Positions 1 through 9,297 of a DNA stretch of 64,000 nucleotides are shown here, piece after piece. The notes under the pieces are model-generated. The model saw only the letters and a list, made by a program, of their open reading frames with translations, did not search any database and was not told the DNA's origin. The number at the start of each line of letters is the position of its first letter. Positions within the stretch are counted from its first letter, which is position 1. The stretch comes from an uncultured Acidobacteriota bacterium (GTDB taxonomy: Bacteria > Acidobacteriota > Terriglobia > UBA7540). A program made the translations under genes and the position numbers. The DNA is taken from contig CAWDSK010000001.1 of the NCBI GenBank assembly GCA_963804995.1, positions 64,001 to 128,000 of the forward strand, given 5' to 3'.

Positions 1-408
1 CTCAACATGCCTCGCATGTCAGGGCTTGAGTTTCTTGACGTAGTGCGCAAACGCTTTCCTCAAATACCCGTCATTGTAATTACCTCCGTCGCCATCGACG
101 AAATGCCAGAAGGAGTGGCCGCCGACGCTTACTATCACAAGACTGGATCCGGATTTAAGCAGCTCCATGAAACCATTTTGGATTTGACCAGAAAACCTCC
201 TCTACGAACTGCTCCCCAGCACGTTGATAACAAACCAGTCCAGGCAAGATGGGATGGGAAGGGACACATCATCGATTGCGAAGACTGCTTGCGTGAATTC
301 ATTGTCCCCCGTGTCTTTCGCAGGGGGCGAGATGAAGCGTGGACCCTCTGTGTGAACTGCGGGAAATTCGTTCGGTTCCTCGTTGCTGAGCACTCCGTGG
401 GTAAGTAA
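1..408 (+). CDS. Response regulator receiver-domain protein with C-terminal CxxC...CxxC zinc-ribbon-like tail; 5' end truncated by the window
   Basis: LNMPRMSGLEFL...PQIPVIVIT is the receiver core after the phospho-Asp; CEDC and CVNC near the C-terminus; frame open from base 1. Confidence 0.75.
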   Translation, partial: LNMPRMSGLEFLDVVRKRFPQIPVIVITSVAIDEMPEGVAADAYYHKTGSGFKQLHETILDLTRKPPLRTAPQHVDNKPVQARWDGKGHIIDCEDCLREFIVPRVFRRGRDEAWTLCVNCGKFVRFLVAEHSVGK

Positions 409-590
409 TCCGACGCGGTCTATCGGTCCACAGAGACGCTATCCCTCCGCCGCAAAAACCAAGACGGCTAAGTCAAATGACGCCACGGCCGACGGATGGT
501 GGGGTGGGCGACATAGGGATTGAGATTTGAAGAGTTTCTTTTTTTGTGCTATTAATCCTAACGTATATATACGTTAGGATTAGGAGGCTT

Positions 591-998
591 ATGACCGAGA
601 CGCTTTCTCAATTGGAAAAGGAAAGAGTTCAGGTAGTGCGGGATATCGCGGGGTTGGGAGATTTTCGCCGGGGCTCGATTAGCGGCATTATGGGGCGCTG
701 CGGGAAAGCCAACTGCGGCTGCCATCAGCCCGGGCATCCAGGCCACGGACCGAATTTTCGCCTGACCCGTAAGGTTCAAGGTAAAACCGTCTCGGAGACG
801 TTTCCCAGTCGCGCCGCCTTGCACAAAGCGCAGCGGGAGGTGGATGAGTTTCACAAGTTTCGGGCGCTGAGCGAGACCCTGGTGGAGGTCAACGAAAAGA
901 TTTGCCAGTTGCGCCCCGTGGCAGGGGAAGAAACTGAGATGAGCGAAGCGGAAAAAAAACGGCGGAAGCGATCCGTCAAGAGATCGCGCGGGAAGTAG
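591..998 (+). CDS. ISKra4 orfA / N-terminal part of the transposase (DUF6788-like, Cys/His-rich)
   Basis: AGGAGG RBS before ATG 591; RRGSIS...CGKANCGC...HGP motif; A8 run at 952-959. Confidence 0.8.
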   Translation: MTETLSQLEKERVQVVRDIAGLGDFRRGSISGIMGRCGKANCGCHQPGHPGHGPNFRLTRKVQGKTVSETFPSRAALHKAQREVDEFHKFRALSETLVEVNEKICQLRPVAGEETEMSEAEKKRRKRSVKRSRGK

Positions 999-1012
999 AT
1001 CAGCTCTTACGG

Positions 1013-2326
1013 GTGGTTTTCCAGGATCGGCGCAACAGCGGACGCCTCGACCTGGAAGCGACGGAGATGGCGGTGCGCTCGGCCCTGCACCGGGCGGGCG
1101 CCGCGGCCTTGACGCAACTGCTCCAGTTCCCCGCGCCCCGCGACGAGCCGCGCACCGTGCCTTGCCCTTGTGGCCAACCCGCCCCCTACCACCAACTGCG
1201 CACCAAGCCTGTGCTGACCGCCGTGGGGCCGGTGGAAGTCTCTCGCCCCTACTATTGGTGCCCGAGTTGTCACGCCGGCCAGTTCCCCGCCGATGTCGAA
1301 CTGGACATCGAGAATACGGAATTCTCTCCCGGGGTGCGACGCATGCAGGCGATGGTGGGCCAGGCGGCCCCCTTCGATCAGGGTCGTGAACAGATGAAAG
1401 TTCTCGCCGGCTTGGAGGTGACCGCCAAATCGGTGGAGCGTACGGCGGAAGCCCTCGGGGCCGATATCGCTCAAGGCGAGCACGCGGTGATCCCGCAAGC
1501 CCTACCGGTGGACCTGCCCGCCCTGGCCGGTGCACCGATTCCCATCCTCTATGTGCAAATGGACGGCACGGGCGTGCCGGTAGTGAAGAAAGAAACGGTG
1601 GGTCGTCAGGGCAAAACCGCGGGCCAACCGGCGCATACGCGGGAAGTCAAACTGGGATGTGTATTCACGCAGACGACGTGGGATAAGCAGGGCTACCCGA
1701 TTCGCGCTCCGGATTCCACCCCCTATACCGGCGCCGTCGAGACCGCCGAGGAGTTCGGGCGACGCCTTTATCGGGAAGCCTGGAAACGTGGCTGGAGTCG
1801 TGCCCAAAAGCAGGTGGTGATGGGCGACGGGGCCGAATGGATATGGAATCTGGTCGCCGAGCACTTTCCTGAGGCGATGCCAATTGTTGACCTTTACCAC
1901 GCTCGTCAGCATCTGTGGGAGTTGGCTCGCCGGTTGTACCCCAACGAGGAAGGGAAACAGCGGGGCTGGATGAAGCTCCACCCGAAGCGCCTGCTGGATC
2001 GGGGGAAGATCGAAAGGCTGGTGGGCGTGCTCCGGGCCATCCCATCCCGCAATCCCGAAGTGGCGGAAAAGCTCCGCACCGAGGCAGACTATTTTGAGCG
2101 GAATGCGGAGCGCATGCGCTACCCCAAGTTCCGCCGCCAGCACCTCTTTGTGGGTTCGGGCGTCATCGAAGCCGGATGCAAAACCGTGGTCGCCTCCCGT
2201 CTCAAGCGCTCGGGAATGTTCTGGACCGTCCGCGGAGCCAACGCCATCCTCGCTCTGCGTTGCGCTTATCTCAATGGCCGCTTTGAAGATTACTGGGAAA
2301 GCCGCCGAGCAGCTATGGCCGCTTAG
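1013..2326 (+). CDS. ISKra4-family DDE transposase, probably joined to orfA by a -1 frameshift
   Basis: YVQMDGTG, MGDGAEWIW, IVDLYHARQHL and GSGVIEAGCK motifs; this frame is open back to the A8 run. Confidence 0.9.
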   Translation: MVFQDRRNSGRLDLEATEMAVRSALHRAGAAALTQLLQFPAPRDEPRTVPCPCGQPAPYHQLRTKPVLTAVGPVEVSRPYYWCPSCHAGQFPADVELDIENTEFSPGVRRMQAMVGQAAPFDQGREQMKVLAGLEVTAKSVERTAEALGADIAQGEHAVIPQALPVDLPALAGAPIPILYVQMDGTGVPVVKKETVGRQGKTAGQPAHTREVKLGCVFTQTTWDKQGYPIRAPDSTPYTGAVETAEEFGRRLYREAWKRGWSRAQKQVVMGDGAEWIWNLVAEHFPEAMPIVDLYHARQHLWELARRLYPNEEGKQRGWMKLHPKRLLDRGKIERLVGVLRAIPSRNPEVAEKLRTEADYFERNAERMRYPKFRRQHLFVGSGVIEAGCKTVVASRLKRSGMFWTVRGANAILALRCAYLNGRFEDYWESRRAAMAA

Positions 2327-2457
2327 CTCCAACTTCTATGTCGCGCACCCCGGATGGTGTGGTTGATTGCTCTCCACTTGGAATAGAGGTACTATCGGGG
2401 CTCAACCCTCTGCGAACAAGATGATTTCCGCCACTCAAAGCGGAAGAAGACAGGCCG

Positions 2458-2637
2458 ATGATGGCCTCGCGTCATGATATAGAATCCGCAAGGCTCAGTA
2501 TGCTGGAAGCTCGAAAGGCTCTTGAGGACTACGAAAAGCTTAAGGGCTTTGTTTCGTCTTGCGAACACATAAGGCTAACTCAGGCATTCACCAAAGCCAC
2601 TCAGGCCTACCTAAAGCTTTCAGCGAGCCAACGATGA
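2458..2637 (+). CDS. Small hypothetical helical protein, 59 aa (below the ORF-track cutoff)
   Basis: Manual translation MMASRHDIESARLSMLEARKALEDYEKLKGFVSSCEHIRLTQAFTKATQAYLKLSASQR. Confidence 0.4.
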   Translation: MMASRHDIESARLSMLEARKALEDYEKLKGFVSSCEHIRLTQAFTKATQAYLKLSASQR

Positions 2638-2754
2638 ATAAGGCTATGGCGCGCCAGCAACCACAGCTGGCATATCTTCGTCGGCATGATTGACTGGTGG
2701 ACTGGGCTCGAACAGATTGCTGAATTCATCGGTTCCTCACGCGGCCTTCCCCAG

Positions 2755-3132
2755 CTAGTTTCTCTCCCGCTTGTCCATCCGGGCCAACACCTGGCCGGTC
2801 AGCAGATCCACGGCGAACACACCGAGCACGGCGACAGCTTCGAAGACCACTCCGGCTAGATGGGTGACAGCGAGGATGGACGCGAAGGCCGTGGTAAGCT
2901 GGATGATTTTGTTCTTGAAGGGGCTGGTCAGCCAGATCACCACGTACATAAGCAGTAAGGCCGGAGCATACATGACCATGACCACCACCAGCCCGGCATC
3001 GATGACGGCCTTACTGAGTCTCCAGAGTGAGGACTTGTGGGGATAGCTCCGGGAGTTCTTCCAAAAGGCCAAGCCCAAGAGGGCTGCCATCAAGGCAGTC
3101 CAGAAGAGCCGGTAACGGGTTACGAGTGACAT
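2755..3132 (-). CDS. Hypothetical membrane protein
   Basis: 125 aa with several hydrophobic segments; AAAGGAGAGG RBS upstream. Confidence 0.6.
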   Translation of the reverse strand: MSLVTRYRLFWTALMAALLGLAFWKNSRSYPHKSSLWRLSKAVIDAGLVVVMVMYAPALLLMYVVIWLTSPFKNKIIQLTTAFASILAVTHLAGVVFEAVAVLGVFAVDLLTGQVLARMDKRERN

Positions 3133-3188
3133 GCAGCCTCTCCTTTGACATCTATGAGAGTTGCAGCCCAGCGTCAGTGGGACGCCGC

Positions 3189-3419
3189 TTATTCGGTTGC
3201 TGTCTTGGGAGTCGTGCCAGCTTCGTGGGCAGCAGTGAGTTCGGTGTGAAGCAAGTTCTCCGCGAGGTTCCTGACGTTGTTGTTCGCCAAAATCTCATCC
3301 ACGACGAAACTTGGCGCGATTCGTCCTCGGCTCAGCTTGAAAGAGAGCCTGAATTCGGCCAGGGTTTGCTTGGAGGTGCGCGAAGTTCTCTCGGGGTGGG
3401 AACTAGTGTGCGCGCGCAT
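3189..3419 (-). CDS. Hypothetical protein
   Basis: 76-aa ORF co-oriented with the adjacent membrane protein gene; no recognisable motif. Confidence 0.35.
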   Translation of the reverse strand: MRAHTSSHPERTSRTSKQTLAEFRLSFKLSRGRIAPSFVVDEILANNNVRNLAENLLHTELTAAHEAGTTPKTATE

Positions 3420-3464
3420 GCGGCGTGTGTATACTATTTGGGACAGGTGAAAAATTGGTCCGGG

Positions 3465-4538
3465 TCAGGCAGCCCGATCGTAACGATGATGCAACCCGCC
3501 GAGTCGCTCCTGAGACAGGACGCGACCTGAGGCTCTGGAACAAGTTCTACAGTTCGGAGTTCCCTTCCCGAGTCCAAGATGCGTGCGATCCTCGTGGTAG
3601 TAGCGGACGTATTCAGAGAGCAGCCGTTTCAGATGGCGTTCATTCACCGCGATAACATGATCCAGTAAGTCTCGTCGGCAACTTTCGACCCAACGCTCCG
3701 CCACACCGTTCAGATCCGGTGAGCGCGGTGGCAGTTTCACCGATTGCACCCCACTGGTTCCGAGAGTTTCCAAGAACTCTGCCGTGAACAGCGGATCCCG
3801 GTCATGGATCAAGTATCGTTTGCCGACCAGGGAGCCTTCCAGAGCGTCAGCGAGATTGCGTGCCACCTGGCTCATCCAGAGTCCATTGGCCTGTCTGGCC
3901 AGTCCGGCGATCTCCACCCTTCGGCTCGCCAAGTCGATTAGGAAGAGCACCAGGAACCTCGTCAAGCCCCTCCGAGTCCAAGCCCCGACGGTGAAGAAGT
4001 CCGCCGCCACCATTACCTCTCGATGTCGCGACAGAAACTCCTTCCAGGTGGTCTTCCGGTTGCGCTCGGACGCCGGTTCCAGACCATGCCCCTTCAGAAT
4101 GTTGGCGATGGTGCTGCGCGCCACCTCATGGCCCAGATTGGCCAGCGCGCCCTGTATCCTCCGGTAGCCCCAGTCCCGGTTCTCCGTGGCCATGCGGATG
4201 ATCAACTGTTGGATCTCATCTTGCACCCGGGGACGTCCGGGGCCACGCTGTCTGCTGCCATCATATTTCCTGGCGATCAGCTTGCGGTGCCAAGCCAGGA
4301 GCGTCTCCGGCGTGACGATGGTGGTCAATTCATGAAGCACGCGCCGGCCCAGTTTCTTGGCCTTGACGGCTAGGCGCCGACGCTGATCGTCGTTCAAGCG
4401 CAGCCGCTTGCTTCCGAGTTGCTCGCGCAGCACCTGGTTCTCTTCCTGCAGGTAGTCCATCACGTCGCGCTGGTGTTGGTTCAAGCAGCCGCCGAGCGAA
4501 ATCAGCAGCAGATGAAATGGATCAAGGGTCAGACGCAT
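3465..4538 (-). CDS. Integrase-core (rve) DDE transposase, IS481/IS3-like
   Basis: HTH segment RDWGYRRIQGAL; AADFFTV, LIHDRD, NGVAERWV and C-terminal RLGGLHHRY motifs. Confidence 0.88.
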   Translation of the reverse strand: MRLTLDPFHLLLISLGGCLNQHQRDVMDYLQEENQVLREQLGSKRLRLNDDQRRRLAVKAKKLGRRVLHELTTIVTPETLLAWHRKLIARKYDGSRQRGPGRPRVQDEIQQLIIRMATENRDWGYRRIQGALANLGHEVARSTIANILKGHGLEPASERNRKTTWKEFLSRHREVMVAADFFTVGAWTRRGLTRFLVLFLIDLASRRVEIAGLARQANGLWMSQVARNLADALEGSLVGKRYLIHDRDPLFTAEFLETLGTSGVQSVKLPPRSPDLNGVAERWVESCRRDLLDHVIAVNERHLKRLLSEYVRYYHEDRTHLGLGKGTPNCRTCSRASGRVLSQERLGGLHHRYDRAA

Positions 4539-4653
4539 CTTGTCAGCCTATCACCCAGAGAGGTACCCGTGACAGCCTCTGACCCGCGGAGGCCTGGGCC
4601 TCTAAGCCGTTGCATTCCAGTGGCATCCAATATTTGGACAGTATGGGGTGGCT

Positions 4654-4726
4654 ACACAAAGTCATTTGTGAGATGGGTAAACATTACTATGATGTTCTTC
4701 AAAACCCCCTCTTTCAGGGGGTCTTG
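4654..4726 (+). promoter_or_regulatory. Candidate promoter/operator of the AbiE operon
   Basis: Inverted repeats CACAAA-N4-TTTGTG (~4655-4670) and ACCCCCT-N5-AGGGGGT (4704-4722) flank a TACTAT -10-like hexamer (4685-4690). Confidence 0.45.
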
Positions 4727-4740
4727 CAACGGAGAATGAC

Positions 4741-5606
4741 ATGGCTTTCACAACTCGGTCTCTATCGCCCCAGGAAAGTAGGGTCGTGCTTGCGCTCAGC
4801 GAGCACGGCCGGCGGGAGACGACGCGAGCGGAAATCGTCGAACTGCTCGGCGTAACCCCCAAAGCGGCCGATCATGTCATTGAATCGCTGCGCCGCAAGG
4901 GCTGGCTCGAACGAGCGACCTGGGGAAAGTATCTCCTTATCCCGCCCGAGCAGGGGCCGGACGCCCTGGGCGACAGCAATCCCTTGGCCCTCGCGAGCCG
5001 CATCACGAGCCGGTACTACTTTGGCTTCGGCACCGCCGCAGCGCACTATGGGCTGACGACTCAGCACCGCAACGTGATCGTTGTTGTAACGCCGCAGCGT
5101 CCGCGCGCGCGCGCCGTCGGCGAATCGCAGGTCCGGGTCGTCAATCAGGCGGAGAGCAAGTTCTTCGGATTCGAGCCGGTCGACGTGCTCGGCTACAAGG
5201 TGATGATCTCCGACCGCGAAAAGACTGCCATCGACTGTATCGATCACCCACCGCTTGCCGGAGGCGTGGGGGAGGCCGCCACCATTCTTGCCACCGCGAG
5301 TCGCCGCTTCGACTGGAACAAGGCGCTGCTGATTACCTCGAACGGATCGGCACCGGCGCGCTGGTGCGCCGATTCGGATGGCTGGCCGACCACATCAAGG
5401 CAGATATTCCGCCCTCGGTGCGCGAGCGCTTGCTTTGGTTGGCGGCGCGAAGCCGCAAAACCTGGCTCGGCGCCGCTCCCGAACACGCTGTGCCGGGCGC
5501 GATCGGTTATGACGAGTCATGGCGTCTGTTCGTGAATGTTACGCGCGAAGAGTCGCACGGCAGTGCCGGGCTAGGCCGTCGCAAAGTCGTGCGTAAGCAA
5601 AGTTAG
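4741..5606 (+). pseudogene. abiEi: Type IV toxin-antitoxin AbiEi-family antitoxin, frameshifted near 5325
   Basis: N-terminal winged helix (LRRKGWLERATWGKY), AAAHYGLTTQ and SDREKTAIDCID motifs; the C-terminus (ADYLERIG..LVRRFGWL..YDESWRLFVN) continues in another frame to 5606. Confidence 0.8.
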
Positions 5607-5608
5607 GA

Positions 5609-5720
5609 ATGTTCACACAGCCGCAAGCGCAGCGTTACTCCAATGAATCCGGCCTTCGCGACATCATCATCGCGGAGAACGAAGTGGTGCTGACCTTCCT
5701 GCTTCAGCTTCTATCCGAGC
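5609..5720 (+). pseudogene. abiEii: N-terminal fragment of an AbiEii-family nucleotidyltransferase toxin
   Basis: Starts 2 nt after the antitoxin stop; IIIAENEVVLTFLLQLLSE resembles the AbiEii N-terminal helix; the expected KGG catalytic region is missing. Confidence 0.6.
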
Positions 5721-5799
5721 ATGACCTACCCTTTGTCGGCCATAGCCAGAAGGGTGCCGCAGTGCACTGCCTGTCAATGATGGCAGCCTTTGGCCGTCA

Positions 5800-6036
5800 C
5801 TACGAGGGCGACGGCCCGTCGTCATTCACCAGGACTTGAAGCCATGCCTGGATTCCCTGCCCTCGCTTGGCGGAGACGGTAATGATGGGGAGATCGGGGC
5901 GCACGGCCTGAATGTTGCGGGCGGCAGTGGCTGAATCAAATTCCACGGCTCCTGCCAGGTCCCCTTTGGTGATCACCGCCAGGTCGGCAACGTGAAAAAT
6001 GGGCGGATATTTCAGGGGTTTGTCCTCACCCTCGGA
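5800..6036 (-). pseudogene. hypB: C-terminal remnant of hydrogenase nickel-incorporation GTPase HypB
   Basis: Manual translation SEGEDKPLKYPPIFHVADLAVITKGDLAGAVEFDSATAARNIQAVRPDLPIITVSAKRGQGIQAWL; no N-terminal part. Confidence 0.8.
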
Positions 6037-6211
6037 ACGGGCGTGAAGGCGAAGCAGGATTAGCCGGATTATTGAGGAACAAAGGGCACCAGAAATCCTT
6101 GCCCATTTCCTTGTCCAAAACCTTGCCGACTACGCCCGAATGAGGCCTTTTTACCCTACCAATACCGCCGTAATCCGCTGAAAACACTCGGAGCCGACAC
6201 CTGACAAGATA

Positions 6212-6251
<40 letters not shown>

Positions 6252-6490
6252 GTACAGTATTTTCAATAACTTATAAGCGAGATTTGGACAGCCCTTGTCA
6301 TTTTGTTGCCCAAAACTCGCGATCGCGCCTCCATGTCCTTTACGAGTCACTTCCAGTATCCTATTGATTTCACTCATTGGCAAGAGGTGGAAATCCGGGA
6401 TTTGTTATTGACATGCGGACCCAAAACCGCTGCTCATTGGTCACCTTCGACCCTCCTTGCCCCGCTGGGCATGAGACCGGCGCTACCACT

Positions 6491-7833
6491 TGTCCATGGC
6501 GAATTGCTAATTTGCCCGGAATTCCGCGAGGTATCGGTTTCTTGCTACGATACGGAAATGCGCGATCTCGTGATCCTTTTCGTCCATCTCCTCACGACCG
6601 TCGCCCGACTTGCGAGTCCGGGCGGCGTCCGTTCCGTAGTTGCCGAGTCCGTCCTCGTCAAACATCAACTGCTGATCCTCAATCGCTCGCGCCAGCGCGC
6701 TCCCCATCTCCGCCTATCGGATCACACCGTCGCCGGTTGGTGCGCTCTGTTTATGCGGCCGTCCCGGCTGATCCGTTCGGCCATCGTTCTGAAACCTTCG
6801 ACTCTCTTGAGCCTCCAGCAGGCCCTGAGGAACCGAAAGTATCGCCGGCTCTTCTCATCCGAGCGCAAGGGAAGGCCCGGCCCAAAAGGACCCAACAAAG
6901 AACTCATTGAAGCCGTTGTCCAAATGAAGCAGCGCAATCCCACCTGGGGCTGTCCGCGAATTGCTCAACAGATTGCCTGGGCCTTCGACATCCCCATCGA
7001 CAAAGACGTGGTTCGAAGGATTCTCGCCCGTCACTATCGACCGGGACAGGACTCTGGTGGTCCATCTTGGCTGACTTTCATTGGACACCTGAAGGACAGT
7101 CTCTGGAGCGCGGACCTCTTTCGCTGCGAATCGGTAGTGTTGCGGACTCACTGGATATTGGTCGTCATGGATCAGTACACTCGTCGGATCATTGGTTTTG
7201 GCCTGCATGCCGGCGCGGTCGACGGTATCGCCCTTTGCCGAATGTTCAACCACGCCCTTCGAGGCCACCGCTCAATCCCCAAATACCTCAGTTCCGACAA
7301 CGATCCGCTTTATCGGTTTCATCAACGGCAAGCCAACCTGCGAGTCCTGGATGTGGCCGAAATCAAGACCGTGCCCTACGTTCCCTTGTCCCATCCATTT
7401 GTGGAGCGGTTGGACCGCACCCTCCGCCGCGAGTGCTTGGATCGTACGCTGTTCTGGACAACCGCCGATCTCGAGAGCAAGCTGCTCGATTTCAAAACCT
7501 ATTTTAACCATCATCGCACCCATAGCGCACGGGTGGGGCGACCACCAGAGGACGCACCGCCTCGGCCCGTCGCCAACCTCCAATCCTATGATGGGAATCT
7601 CACTGCCGAGGTCTGTATCAAACACCGATAGCCGCCTGATTCCCAAGCAACCTAAAATATCGGCCTCGTGGCATTGATGGCGTCACGTTCGACGCATTGC
7701 GATGCCGAAGTGTAGAAGCAACTGTCTAGGGTCTCGGTGAAGATGGATGAAACGGCGGTCAGATCCGCGTGCCCGCGGCATAACAGGATTGCGAAATGCA
7801 GAAAACCTCAGGACTAGGAATTCGCCAGGGACA
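6491..7833 (+). mobile_element. IS481-like element with integrase-core transposase (copy 1)
   Basis: Terminal inverted repeats TGTCCATGGCGAATT / AATTCGCCAGGGACA (14/15) with TGT...ACA ends; no TSD seen. Confidence 0.75.
6558..7638 (+). CDS. Integrase-core transposase with a probable 1-nt frameshift near 7590 affecting the extreme C-terminus
   Basis: WGCPRIAQQI, SADLFRCE, YLSSDND and HPFVERL motifs; family-like tail WESHCRGLYQTPIAA lies in a shifted frame. Confidence 0.8.
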
Positions 7834-8015
7834 GGCTCTCGAGGCCCTCTCCGCAAGTGCTCAGCGGGTCGCTCGGGGGACCGATCCCTTCAAGGTGCTG
7901 TGCAAATGCTTTCCGAGTGCACAGGCTGGGGAGATTTGAGCCAGCGGTTAGGAACTCAAACTGATTCTCGAAATCCTGGGGACAGGAAACCAGTCCGCGT
8001 TGTCAATGCACAGGT

Positions 8016-8987
8016 TTAAGTTTGCCTAAGCGGCAACAAGAAACAGAATCTGCTCCCGCCGCCTAGTTCGCTTTCCACCCAGATTTTCCCCTCGTGCAGT
8101 TGAACAAGGCGTCGGGCAATAGCCAATCCCAATCCCGCCCCTTGCGTCTGAATCTCATCTCCAGGAACTCTGAAGAAATCTTCAAATATCTCTTGGTGAA
8201 ATTCGGGAGCGATTCCCTTCCCGCTGTCGACCACCGTCACCTGCACGGCATTAGCTCCCGCCGAACCTTCCCCGCGCCGTTCCACCTCGGGGGGGGTGTT
8301 CTTATGGCCGCGCCGCTCCCAGGCGTGCGGCTCTGCCGTCAGCCAGACCGTGCGCCCCGAGGGAGTGAACTTGAGTGAGTTCTCAAGAAGGTTCGATACA
8401 ACCTGTTGGACTTTGAGGCGATCGAATTTGAAAGGCGGTATCTCCGAGTTGGGGTGGAAATACAACGTCACACCCTTCGCAGAAAACTTGTCCATCCAGT
8501 ATCCGCATACCTCGGAAACGCAAGCCCACAAATCCCCGGACTCGAGCCTGAGCATGGCTGGCCCGTTTCCCATGGCGAGAGATCTGTAAGCCAGGAATTC
8601 CTCAGCGAGTTTCTGCAGTCGCGCGCAATTCGACTGAGTTTCTTCGAGGATCTTCCGCTGACGCTCCGTTAGTGGCCCCACTTGTCGGCTGAGCAACATC
8701 TCAACGTAGCCTGAGACAATGGCCAGCGGGTTCTTTATCTCGTGCGCCAACGTTGCCAGCGCTACCGCGCGACTATGGAGTTCCTCCTCCAGGTGTCCGC
8801 GAGCCTCCAATAAGTCCTGGTTAAGCGCAGGGAGAGAAGTGGATGCCTCACCAGTTCTCGGCGTCGTTGACGGACCCGGCGGCTGATCTCCTCTTATCGT
8901 CACGGAGCCTTTGGCCTTCTTGAAGGACTTCACGGACAAACCACGGGACATAGTCTGGACTTTCCTCGCCTGAAACAATTCCGCCAT
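8016..8987 (-). CDS. Soluble histidine kinase (HisKA + HATPase_c) without an evident sensor domain
   Basis: H-box LAHEIKNPL, N-box QVVSNLLENSLKFT, G1 DSGKGI, G2 GAGLGLAI; no transmembrane segment. Confidence 0.9.
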   Translation of the reverse strand: MAELFQARKVQTMSRGLSVKSFKKAKGSVTIRGDQPPGPSTTPRTGEASTSLPALNQDLLEARGHLEEELHSRAVALATLAHEIKNPLAIVSGYVEMLLSRQVGPLTERQRKILEETQSNCARLQKLAEEFLAYRSLAMGNGPAMLRLESGDLWACVSEVCGYWMDKFSAKGVTLYFHPNSEIPPFKFDRLKVQQVVSNLLENSLKFTPSGRTVWLTAEPHAWERRGHKNTPPEVERRGEGSAGANAVQVTVVDSGKGIAPEFHQEIFEDFFRVPGDEIQTQGAGLGLAIARRLVQLHEGKIWVESELGGGSRFCFLLPLRQT

Positions 8988-9297
8988 CGTGACACCCGCC
9001 GTGCTCCAGACAGGAAACAGGGAACAGGGAACACGGATCACCGGTCATTCGGCAGGTTTGACATTTTCAAGAACCCTACCACCTTTGGCCTGCCCTCGTC
9101 AAGCGAGCGGAATGCAAAATTCATGCACTCTTGAGAAAATCATTGCAACATGGGTCACTATGTCATCTTTCCCCGCGAAGAAGGTTTCCCAGAGGGCCAC
9201 ACAAACTAAATCTTCTCCGTGTGCTTCTCTCGTCTCTCACAGCAGGGAGTACACGACAGAACGCCTAATTTATTACACTTATTATTTAATAGGCAGT

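Larger units (their letters stand above)
502..2350 (+). mobile_element. ISKra4-family insertion sequence, apparently intact
   Basis: Left end GGGTGGGCGACATAG and right end (revcomp) GGGTGCGCGACATAG match 14/15; 9-bp direct repeat CGGATGGTG at 493-501 and 2351-2359. Confidence 0.9.

Noticed and set aside
7834..7984. Additional IS end (…AAATCCTGGGGACA)
   Set aside because: No partner end or transposase could be assigned; too weak to call
9112..9129. Sigma-54 promoter for the histidine kinase
   Set aside because: Minus-strand GTGCATGAATTTTGCA has the -12 TTGC but lacks the invariant -24 GG
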